A stretch of DNA of 20,000 nt from an uncultured virus (IMG/VR IMGVR_UViG_3300046387_001330) (lineage: Duplodnaviria > Heunggongvirae > Uroviricota > Caudoviricetes): the IMG/VR virus record IMGVR_UViG_3300046387_001330; one strand, 5' to 3'. The notes below the pieces were generated by a model. That model did no database searches and was not told the origin of the DNA. It worked only from the letters and a program-made list of their open reading frames with translations. The number at the start of each line of letters is the position of its first letter. Position 1 is the stretch's first letter. A program made the translations under genes and the position numbers. Positions 8,546-16,584 of the stretch are shown piece after piece.

Positions 8546-9549
8546 ATACTATTATAGTTACGGGTGGTCTTGGATACATCGGTAGTCATACCGTTGTAGA
8601 ATTGCTAAACGAAGGATATGAAGTAGTTGTAATTGATAATTTATCAAATTCTTCGGAGAATGTAATTGATGGTATTCGTGCAATCACAAAAAAGGGTGTT
8701 CACTTTTTTAATGTAGACATTCGTGATTATGATGAATTAGAAAAAGCATTTGGTTATTATCAACAAGACATAAAAGCAGTTGTGCATTTCGCTGCGTGTA
8801 AAAGTGTTGGTGAAAGTATGAAAGAACCAAGCAAATACTACGACAACAATGTTGCGGGTACAAACAATTTGCTTATGGTAATGAAATACTATAACATCAA
8901 GAATTTGATATTCAGTAGCAGTTGTACCGTTTATGGTCAAGCAGACGAACTTCCTATCACAGAAAAAACTCCGCAAAAACCTGCGGAAAGTGTGTATGGT
9001 CGTACAAAGCAAATATGTGAACAAATGATAACTGATTTTCATATTGAACACGATTTTAATTCAACATTGCTTCGTTATTTTAATCCAATAGGATCACACG
9101 AAAGTGCATTAATTGGAGAACTACCAAACGGAGTACCTGATAATTTAATTCCGTATGTTACGCAAACTGCAATTGGTAAACGAAAAGAACTTACTGTATT
9201 TGGAACAGATTATGATACACCCGATGGAACTTGTATTCGTGATTATATACACGTAGTAGATTTAGCAAAAGCACACGTTAAAGCAATTGTGGTATGCAAC
9301 GAGAAAAAATTTAATGCCATTCCAATAAATTTGGGAACAGGTAACGGATACTCAGTAAAAGAGGTTCTTGATACGTTTCAAAAAGAAAATAATATAGAAC
9401 TTAACATAAAATACGGAAAACGAAGAGAAGGTGATATTACAAGTGCATATGCAGATGCTTCTCTTGCATACGAATTGTTACAATGGAAAGCAGAATTAGG
9501 TTTAATTGAAATGGTGAAATCTGCTTGGGAATGGGAACAAAAATTATAA
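8542..9549 (+). CDS. galE: UDP-glucose/UDP-GlcNAc 4-epimerase
   Basis: TGGLGYIGSHT, HFAACKSVGES, FSSSCTVYG, YGRTK (YxxxK), LRYFNPIG, DGTCIRDYIHVVDLAKAH, RREGD; GTGA overlap with the cysN stop. Confidence 0.96.
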   Translation: MNTIIVTGGLGYIGSHTVVELLNEGYEVVVIDNLSNSSENVIDGIRAITKKGVHFFNVDIRDYDELEKAFGYYQQDIKAVVHFAACKSVGESMKEPSKYYDNNVAGTNNLLMVMKYYNIKNLIFSSSCTVYGQADELPITEKTPQKPAESVYGRTKQICEQMITDFHIEHDFNSTLLRYFNPIGSHESALIGELPNGVPDNLIPYVTQTAIGKRKELTVFGTDYDTPDGTCIRDYIHVVDLAKAHVKAIVVCNEKKFNAIPINLGTGNGYSVKEVLDTFQKENNIELNIKYGKRREGDITSAYADASLAYELLQWKAELGLIEMVKSAWEWEQKL

Positions 9550-9554
9550 AAACT

Positions 9555-9566
9555 AATATTTATAAA
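9555..9566 (+). promoter_or_regulatory. AATATTTATAAA motif, putative late promoter element
   Basis: Second exact copy of the 12-mer, intergenic, upstream of the large ORF. Confidence 0.4.
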
Positions 9567-9600
9567 AAAAGACTTTATTAATTAATTGGAGAAAATCAAA

Positions 9601-12600
9601 ATGATAACAAGTGAAGGTGATGCAGTAGTATCTTTTAAGGTGCGTGGTAATGTAGATTTATTCTTTGGAGTGCCACAAAAAAATAATCCCCAATCAATGT
9701 CAACAAATTTAGGTTTGCCTGATGTGGCAAACGATTCATATAAAATTGATGTATGGGAACAATCTGGTAGTGGAGCATTCGATGGTGATCCAGTTTCTTA
9801 TGAAAACGGAACTGATAACCAAGCAGAAATTCAGGACACAGAATGGAAAAGTCGTTTAAAGATTTCATTGACAGGAGACTCAGCAGAAACAAGATACATT
9901 TATGTTCGTGGTGGTTATGGTTCTGATGGTGAAAGAAAACTTTGCTTTCCAGAAGTTAATTTTACAAAGTTTGCAAACAATTCTTTTTTAAATCCACATA
10001 GAACTATTATCGTTAATAAAAATCCAGCAACAGGTAATTTGTCGTTTACAACTGATGAAGACCCAACTGGATTTGATTTACGTGAAGCACACGATTTAAA
10101 ATTAGTTTCAGGTAATGACTATAAGTTTAGAAAAGCAACAGATACATTTAAATTTGTAGTTGGAACAAAAACTTTGTCACATGAAAGTGATAGTGTTGTA
10201 ACTGCTAATGCAGATGTAAACTGGGATATGGAAGACCAAGCACAAACAGGTGTTTTTACTGTTGATACACTTGATAGTGAGTTTGATCCAACATTGTCAA
10301 ACTTTTGGGACATGAAAACTGTTAATTTTATGGCAAGTCCAAATTTAAAAGACACTTACACATACGATAACATTTATAAGATTGAAATTAATGACAATTT
10401 TATTATTCATGGTAAAGGTGATTTTGCATACAGAAAAAATTTATATAATATAGCAGGATACGAAACTTCTGTTGTAAAAAAACCAACATCTAATAGTCTT
10501 TTGTTTACCTTCGCAGGATGTTTGAATTTAAAAAATAGTAATGTAATTGAAAATTTGGATGTAAGTGATGTAACTAGCATGAACGGAGCATTCATGAATA
10601 CATTGAAACTTGATGTTACATTATGGCAATGGCAATCATTAAACAATAACACAGGTCTTGCTAATTTAACAAGTGCAAGAAGAATGTTTTATGGTTCTGG
10701 ATTTAATCGTTCACTTGGAACATGGAAACCAGTTGCTTTAAAAAATGCAGAAAGAATGTTTAGTTATTCTAAATTTAACCAAGAAACAATAATATCTTGG
10801 GCATTGAATTTAACAACTGCGTTGAACAATGTAAGTCATATGTTTTCATTTTCAAAAATGAATCAAAGAATGAACGAGTTTGATGCGGTCATAAAAGGAT
10901 GTGAAGGACTTGATACTATGTTTTTATACACCGATATGCAAAAAGGTAATTTACCTAACAATGTATTATTAGAAGCAACTTTAGAAGATGTTTCTTCAGC
11001 ATTTAATTTTGACTCGGCAACTATTCAATTAAGTTTAACTGGCAGTCCTTCAGTTACTCTTAATGACTTGACATTCAGTTCGGACGGATCTTTACCTGGA
11101 TGGTTGGATATACACATACCAGTGGGTGGAGGATTTCAAGTCGTTATTGCAAAACAATCCGATAAAAATACTTCAAAACAAAGATATTTTCCTGATGAAA
11201 AAGTATTAGGTTTTTCTACCGGTGGATATATAAACGAGGATACCAAATCATTATTTAATTCATGGACCGATTTAAAGAAAGTTGGGAATACTGATAATAT
11301 TACATTCACAGGATTTGCAAATCTTGTTGATGTTGACTTAAAAGAAGAATCATTCTTAAATTGGCAAAATGACGAATCGTTGGAAATTGGAATCTTGTTT
11401 GCAAAAAGTGCAGGTTTAAATATTCTTCCTCTCGGAGATGTAAAAATCAATAATGTTACGGTAAGACCTGCACCAACTCCAACTCCAACTCCAACGGCAA
11501 CTAATACATTTGATGATTTCAAATTTAACGTGGAAGGAGTGAATATCGTTGATACATTAACAATAACAACTGACAATGATGATGTATCTGCTGATTTAAG
11601 TGAAATAAATCCATTATTTAATTCTAATACACTTCAGCATATTCATATTAAAGAATTAGATGAAAAGCACATTGCACGTGTAAAATTTGATGGTCTTGCA
11701 TCATTAAATTCAACAGATAAATGGAAATATAAAATCAAATTTGCAAATGGTACTGTGATGTCCGAGTGGAAACTCGTAGAGAATGGTTCAACGCAAAATT
11801 TGTCACAAGGAGACCGAGTGTTTTTGTATCTTGATTATTCTGATGTAAAAAAGAACTCTGAATTTCAATTTAGATTCAATGTTGAAAAGCAGAAAATAGG
11901 TGAAAATAGTTGGCAGAGCAGTGGCACAGATGGTCTTGGTCGTGTTGATGTAAAATACAATGTTGTATACAACCCACCTACACCAACTCCAACACCGACT
12001 GCAACGAAGTCCAAAACTCCAACTAAGACTCCGACTAAAACACAAGAATCAGTAGATTTCAATGCAATTGCTTCACAAATGCAAAATAGTAACGATAAAA
12101 ACGATGATTACGCAGATGTAACAGGAACGGTTGTTCATGTTGATTTGGTAAATGGATTTTATGGCATTGAGATAACCGATTTGGAGGATAAAATTGTTCC
12201 TGTGAATTTGCAGTCTGAACTTGAAAATAATGTCGGTAAAACAATTGTATTTAGTGGATTTTCTGACAACAATGTCGTTGATTTATTTATGTGGGGTACT
12301 GCCGTATTTGTTGAAAACCATAGATTAATGGAACCTGTTGGAACAGGATTTGATTTTATAGGTTTTGATGTATTGATCACCGTTGAAGATACTGCAACAG
12401 AATTACCAACGACATTATTAGTTAATTCATTTGATGCAAATAAATTGACTGCTAAATATACTTCTAATCATGATCTTACAATTGATTTCAAAATAGTAAG
12501 AGAGAATTATGATGGTCGTCCTGCCGATGCTTCGGGAAGTGATGTATTTGGACAAACAACATCCTCGGATATAAGTGATGGTTCTGGATGGTCTCTTATT

Positions 12601-15060
12601 CGCGGATTTGATGATCGTTTTGGAATGTTTCAAGATGATGTTGGTGGATTGCATAATTTAATTCGTGCGATTAATAATGGATCACTTAGTAATTACAATC
12701 CATTAGATAACGAAGCAGAATTTAGTTTTTGGTCACCGAGTGGTGATGATTATTCTACATTTTTAAATGGATCAGACGGAATAAAACTTGCAATTGTTCT
12801 TAGAAAATGGGACAATTCAATTGGCATGGAAACAATTCTCGAAGAACATTTTGTTGAAGTAACTATTGAAGAAGGAAATCAGGGAGGTGGTTCTGAAACA
12901 ATTAATCTATCAGAAATTCTATTAAAAGATAATGTAGAGTTTCGTGCATCATTTGGTTCTGTATCTGATAATAGTGCTTCTGAAGGTGAATTATATTTGG
13001 AAAATCTATCAATTGATTTTGATAAAGTAAGTGAATCATTCAAAGAAAATTGGGATTTAAATAACTATGATTTGTATTATATGGTTGTAGATTCTACACT
13101 TGATCATAGTATTACTGACGAGTTATACGATTTCTTCAAAGAAGGAAACCTTATACAAAATAGTGATGGAATATTCGCATTCGGCAGAAGTACATTTAAT
13201 TCTACTTCAAGTGATGCTAAATTTACATTCCGAAATAATATGAACGAAACGATTGATGATGTTTTTGTGGAAGGAGAAAATTATGTAGGTACTTTACTTA
13301 AAGTAAAAAATGAAATGGATAATAAAGTTCATTCTAATATAACAGATTTCATTGACACTTTATCAGAAGATGCCGAAATAAGATTCGTTTTAGTTAATAA
13401 CGATGATAATTTTGAGGGAGAAAGCAGATTTATTTCGTCTGCAAAGTATAGCATGAATTTACACGCATATTATCCACAATACATTTATGTTGAAAATGTT
13501 CAGTTTGTAATGGGTGAGGAATCACCGGATGGTTTTGGTGTATTTGAAGTTCAATCTGAAAAAGGAAATTTTCATGATAACCAAACTTTAAGATATTATA
13601 CAAGTGTATTTGGATCTAAAAAGTATGCAATTTATTATGAAAATAATTCAAGTCAATGGAGATTTTGGGATCATCCAAGTATAAACAACGGATTACCCGC
13701 CTTAAATATTACAAGTGATTCATTGGAGTTTAATGATAATTGGATTTCTGTTTCTTTGGAAGTACCTGCAAGTGCTTGGAATACTCCAACACCAACTCGT
13801 ACTAGAACAAAAACACCTACAAGTTCATCGGCAAGTCCATTGACATCAGACGATTTGGGATATTTTGTTATCGGTAAATTTGAAACACACGAAGGAGTAG
13901 AAATAGCAACAACTGGAATCTATGATTATCATTCTTCATTTAATGAGGGTAGTCAATATGTTTATACATTTAAATCAAATATAGATGATCATGTATTAAA
14001 AGTTCATTATATAGATCATTCCGGTTCAGACCCTTCATTTTTTAATAAAAATTATGGAGGTGGAGCTAGTGAATATATGCTCACATTACACACATCAGAA
14101 AGTTCTAGTGAAGATTTGATAGGTACTTTTGTGGGAAGTGATAAAACTGGTACAATAGAAGAATCAAAATCATTTATTCGTGCTAATGAAATGGACGGTG
14201 TGTTGTTTATGGGATATGTAGGAAAAAACACAAAAAGGAATGAACTTCACCCAACTGAAACAAATATTATAGATTTCTCTGATGAATATGGCTGGTCTTT
14301 GAATCATTTACCTATTCTTGGTCCAAATGATCCAGTTTTAATTAATTCCGGAGTATACAGTATCGTACCTACTTTTAACGATGGGGATGCTTGGGTGAGA
14401 TTAGAAAATGACATAGACATGACATTAAAAACTCAATTGTATCAAGGTAATCCACTTGGATTGGGACCATCTAATTATGATGATGCAACTGATACATTTT
14501 TTGGATTTCTTGCGTTGGCAATTAATACTTTTAATTCAAACACAACATTTTTGTTTAATAAGTTTTTGAGAGGAAACAAGACAAACATCGGAACAACAAA
14601 TAGAGTGGGTTTTCAGTTCACTTGCAGTTCAGAAGTTCCACCTGGAGCAGTAGATGTTGAGTTACCAGAAGATCTATCACCTGCTCCTGTATCTGATTCA
14701 GACCTTGGAATGCATTTAATGAGCATTCAAAAAGATATAGTAGTCGGACATGGTTCACCTTCAGAACAAAAATTTATAGGAAATGTTTTTGATATAGATG
14801 ATTTATCACCATCACACATTAGTAATGAGAATCTTGTTCCAATATCAAAAATGAATATACAAGACGGAGTTTTAAATGCGTTTACTTCCGGAGATTGGCA
14901 ATGGTGGGGTAAATTTGATGGAGCAGATGCAGATATTGCAGATAAGGTATATATAATAGATATGAACTCATCAAGCACAAATTTACTAAGTTTCAAACCA
15001 CAACTATTCAATAATGAAAGTGATTTAATGAATAATAATAGATCAAATTATTCACAATAA
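9601..15060 (+). CDS. Large multidomain acidic protein with BspA/DUF285-like repeats and Pro/Thr linkers; probable virion/surface protein
   Basis: GGAG at 9588-9591 precedes ATG 9601. Repeats at about 10507-10930 (LDVSDVTSMNGAF, LTSARRMFYGSGFNRSLGTW, LKNAERMFSYSKFNQ, LNNVSHMFSFSKMNQ). Three PT linkers; no signal peptide seen. Confidence 0.75.
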   Translation: MITSEGDAVVSFKVRGNVDLFFGVPQKNNPQSMSTNLGLPDVANDSYKIDVWEQSGSGAFDGDPVSYENGTDNQAEIQDTEWKSRLKISLTGDSAETRYIYVRGGYGSDGERKLCFPEVNFTKFANNSFLNPHRTIIVNKNPATGNLSFTTDEDPTGFDLREAHDLKLVSGNDYKFRKATDTFKFVVGTKTLSHESDSVVTANADVNWDMEDQAQTGVFTVDTLDSEFDPTLSNFWDMKTVNFMASPNLKDTYTYDNIYKIEINDNFIIHGKGDFAYRKNLYNIAGYETSVVKKPTSNSLLFTFAGCLNLKNSNVIENLDVSDVTSMNGAFMNTLKLDVTLWQWQSLNNNTGLANLTSARRMFYGSGFNRSLGTWKPVALKNAERMFSYSKFNQETIISWALNLTTALNNVSHMFSFSKMNQRMNEFDAVIKGCEGLDTMFLYTDMQKGNLPNNVLLEATLEDVSSAFNFDSATIQLSLTGSPSVTLNDLTFSSDGSLPGWLDIHIPVGGGFQVVIAKQSDKNTSKQRYFPDEKVLGFSTGGYINEDTKSLFNSWTDLKKVGNTDNITFTGFANLVDVDLKEESFLNWQNDESLEIGILFAKSAGLNILPLGDVKINNVTVRPAPTPTPTPTATNTFDDFKFNVEGVNIVDTLTITTDNDDVSADLSEINPLFNSNTLQHIHIKELDEKHIARVKFDGLASLNSTDKWKYKIKFANGTVMSEWKLVENGSTQNLSQGDRVFLYLDYSDVKKNSEFQFRFNVEKQKIGENSWQSSGTDGLGRVDVKYNVVYNPPTPTPTPTATKSKTPTKTPTKTQESVDFNAIASQMQNSNDKNDDYADVTGTVVHVDLVNGFYGIEITDLEDKIVPVNLQSELENNVGKTIVFSGFSDNNVVDLFMWGTAVFVENHRLMEPVGTGFDFIGFDVLITVEDTATELPTTLLVNSFDANKLTAKYTSNHDLTIDFKIVRENYDGRPADASGSDVFGQTTSSDISDGSGWSLIRGFDDRFGMFQDDVGGLHNLIRAINNGSLSNYNPLDNEAEFSFWSPSGDDYSTFLNGSDGIKLAIVLRKWDNSIGMETILEEHFVEVTIEEGNQGGGSETINLSEILLKDNVEFRASFGSVSDNSASEGELYLENLSIDFDKVSESFKENWDLNNYDLYYMVVDSTLDHSITDELYDFFKEGNLIQNSDGIFAFGRSTFNSTSSDAKFTFRNNMNETIDDVFVEGENYVGTLLKVKNEMDNKVHSNITDFIDTLSEDAEIRFVLVNNDDNFEGESRFISSAKYSMNLHAYYPQYIYVENVQFVMGEESPDGFGVFEVQSEKGNFHDNQTLRYYTSVFGSKKYAIYYENNSSQWRFWDHPSINNGLPALNITSDSLEFNDNWISVSLEVPASAWNTPTPTRTRTKTPTSSSASPLTSDDLGYFVIGKFETHEGVEIATTGIYDYHSSFNEGSQYVYTFKSNIDDHVLKVHYIDHSGSDPSFFNKNYGGGASEYMLTLHTSESSSEDLIGTFVGSDKTGTIEESKSFIRANEMDGVLFMGYVGKNTKRNELHPTETNIIDFSDEYGWSLNHLPILGPNDPVLINSGVYSIVPTFNDGDAWVRLENDIDMTLKTQLYQGNPLGLGPSNYDDATDTFFGFLALAINTFNSNTTFLFNKFLRGNKTNIGTTNRVGFQFTCSSEVPPGAVDVELPEDLSPAPVSDSDLGMHLMSIQKDIVVGHGSPSEQKFIGNVFDIDDLSPSHISNENLVPISKMNIQDGVLNAFTSGDWQWWGKFDGADADIADKVYIIDMNSSSTNLLSFKPQLFNNESDLMNNNRSNYSQ
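11467..11508 (+). repeat. Pro/Thr linker
   Basis: PAPTPTPTPTATNT with tandem CCAACT units. Confidence 0.85.
11974..12045 (+). repeat. Pro/Thr linker
   Basis: PPTPTPTPTATKSKTPTKTPTKTQ. Confidence 0.85.
13783..13821 (+). repeat. Pro/Thr linker
   Basis: TPTPTRTRTKTPT. Confidence 0.75.
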
Positions 15061-15098
15061 AACTTTAGTTGGTTCGCTGCCTACTAATTGGTCACATA

Positions 15099-15137
15099 GA
15101 ATGGACGGAAATTAAGTTTTCCGTCCATTCGTCTTTT
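15099..15137 (+). terminator. Probable terminator hairpin closing the structural region
   Basis: 13-bp stem GAATGGACGGAAA / TTTCCGTCCATTC, 6-nt loop, followed by GTCTTTT. Confidence 0.8.
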
Positions 15138-15155
15138 ATATCGGAAACTTTTTTC

Positions 15156-15184
15156 TTGACTTTTTATAATATCTTTAGTAGAGT
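15156..15184 (+). promoter_or_regulatory. Sigma70-like (early) promoter
   Basis: TTGACT-N17-TAGAGT; shares CTTGACTTTTTA with the promoters at 16510 and 18771. Confidence 0.75.
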
Positions 15185-15190
15185 ACAAGA

Positions 15191-15358
15191 ATGAGAAAAA
15201 AATACAATGATTTACTCTTTTTCCAAAAAGTAACACCATCGGAGTTTAAAGAAGAAATTGAGAGAAGGCAGAATAAATCCAAAAATTATTCTAAAAAGAA
15301 AAATAAAAAATGCCATGAACGTCCAACTAGAGACATTTGGTCGTATAAGAAAGATTAA
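15191..15358 (+). CDS. Small basic hypothetical protein (55 aa), probably leaderless
   Basis: MRKKYNDLLFFQKVTPSEFKEEIERRQNKSKNYSKKKNKKCHERPTRDIWSYKKD; below the ORF-track cutoff; fills the gap between the promoter and the next ORF. Confidence 0.65.
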   Translation: MRKKYNDLLFFQKVTPSEFKEEIERRQNKSKNYSKKKNKKCHERPTRDIWSYKKD

Positions 15359-15361
15359 ATT

Positions 15362-15613
15362 ATGAAACATTCACTTGAACTAAAAACCGAAGAATTGCTG
15401 GTAATCGCAAATGATACAGAGACTAATTTGCAAATTGCTATTGACAATGATATACCTCGTAGAATATCATTCTTTCAAAGTATGCGAAAAAAAGTCCAAA
15501 ACGCAATCAACGGACCCGTAGCTCAGTGGTCAGAGCAGGGGACTCATAATCCTTTGGTCGCAGGTTCAAGTCCTGCCGGGTCCACCAAAACGAAACAACC
15601 TATTTTAACATGA
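15362..15613 (+). CDS. Hypothetical protein (83 aa) whose reading frame runs through the tRNA
   Basis: ATG 3 nt after the previous stop; protein-like first 50 codons; stop overlaps the next start (ATGA). Confidence 0.5.
   Translation: MKHSLELKTEELLVIANDTETNLQIAIDNDIPRRISFFQSMRKKVQNAINGPVAQWSEQGTHNPLVAGSSPAGSTKTKQPILT
15512..15587 (+). tRNA. tRNA-Ile2 (CAT anticodon, lysidine type, reads AUA)
   Basis: Cloverleaf: acceptor GGACCCG/CGGGTCC, D arm GCTC/GAGC, anticodon arm GGGGA-CTCATAA-TCCTT, T arm GCAGG-TTCAAGT-CCTGC, A73 and encoded CCA. The paired 1-72 position excludes the initiator. C4-G69/C5-G68 and close resemblance to E. coli ileX favour Ile2 over elongator Met. Confidence 0.92.
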
Positions 15614-16485
15614 TAAACTTTAACAATGTAACCAAGATTGTAACTCACGCAGGACACGCACATCGTGATGATTTTTTGTCGGTGTGTTTTACACTTGCTT
15701 TGTGTGGTGAATACAATAACGAACCTTATATAGAAAGAAGAAACCCAACGGATAAGGAACTAAATGACGCAGATGTTGTTGTATTAGATGTAGGAGAAAA
15801 ACACCAACCCGAACTTAGTAACTTTGATCATCATCAGTTTAATCGTAACGATGATCCTGCGTGTGCTTTAACACTGTTACTAAAAGACATGGACATTTAC
15901 GAACAAGCAAGCATTGGATTTCGTTGGTTGAATGTCACCGAAAAGTTTGACAGCAAGGGACCTTATTTTGTTGCAAATGAAATTGGTATTGAATGGAACA
16001 AAATTTCAGATGCCACATTTTCTCCGATTGAAGAGGCAATTCTTAATAGATTTTCAAGGCACACCAAATATCATCCAAAGTCCGACATTTATATTATGAT
16101 GCGACACATCGGTGAGCAACTTTTAAAATCATTGGGACAATTTACCGATAGATGGATAAAATTGACCGAAACGACTACGACACTTGAAGTAGATGGTAAT
16201 TTAATTGTAGTATCAGTTGCAATAAACGGAGATGATGATCCTTCATTTGCATTAAATGCGTTCGTTGAAGAAAAGCATCCATCTGCCGTTGCAACCGTTA
16301 CATTAGATGATCGTGGTAACGGATTCTGCTTGTTTCGTTTGAATGACTCAACTAAAATAGATTTTTCAAGAATTGAAAGTGATTCTAAAATTCTTTTTGC
16401 ACATAAAAATGGGTTTGTTGCTAAAACTCATAATGTGCTTAATGAACAAGAACTTACAGAAATAATTCAAAAATCTTTGACCTAA
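15610..16485 (+). CDS. MYG1-family (UPF0160, DHH-like) metal-dependent hydrolase/exonuclease
   Basis: VTHAGHAHRDD, VVLDVG, NFDHHQ and FAHKNGFVA motifs. Confidence 0.82.
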   Translation: MINFNNVTKIVTHAGHAHRDDFLSVCFTLALCGEYNNEPYIERRNPTDKELNDADVVVLDVGEKHQPELSNFDHHQFNRNDDPACALTLLLKDMDIYEQASIGFRWLNVTEKFDSKGPYFVANEIGIEWNKISDATFSPIEEAILNRFSRHTKYHPKSDIYIMMRHIGEQLLKSLGQFTDRWIKLTETTTTLEVDGNLIVVSVAINGDDDPSFALNAFVEEKHPSAVATVTLDDRGNGFCLFRLNDSTKIDFSRIESDSKILFAHKNGFVAKTHNVLNEQELTEIIQKSLT

Positions 16486-16509
16486 AAACGACTTTTTATA
16501 AAAAAATGC

Positions 16510-16538
16510 TTGACTTTTTACAACCATCGTGGTAATGT
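16510..16538 (+). promoter_or_regulatory. Sigma70-like (early) promoter with extended -10
   Basis: TTGACT-N17-TAATGT with TG-n before the -10; A-tract upstream. Confidence 0.82.
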
Positions 16539-16584
16539 AATAGTATAAAATTAATTATTATCAACACTAAAAAATACTAAAGTT

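Noticed and set aside
15065..15087. Weak hairpin TTAGTTGG...CCTACTAA before the terminator as an ncRNA
   Set aside because: Short, mismatched and without recognisable family features.
15512..15587. tRNA as a prophage attachment site or host-phage junction
   Set aside because: No integrase or duplicated tRNA 3' end, and both flanks look phage-like.
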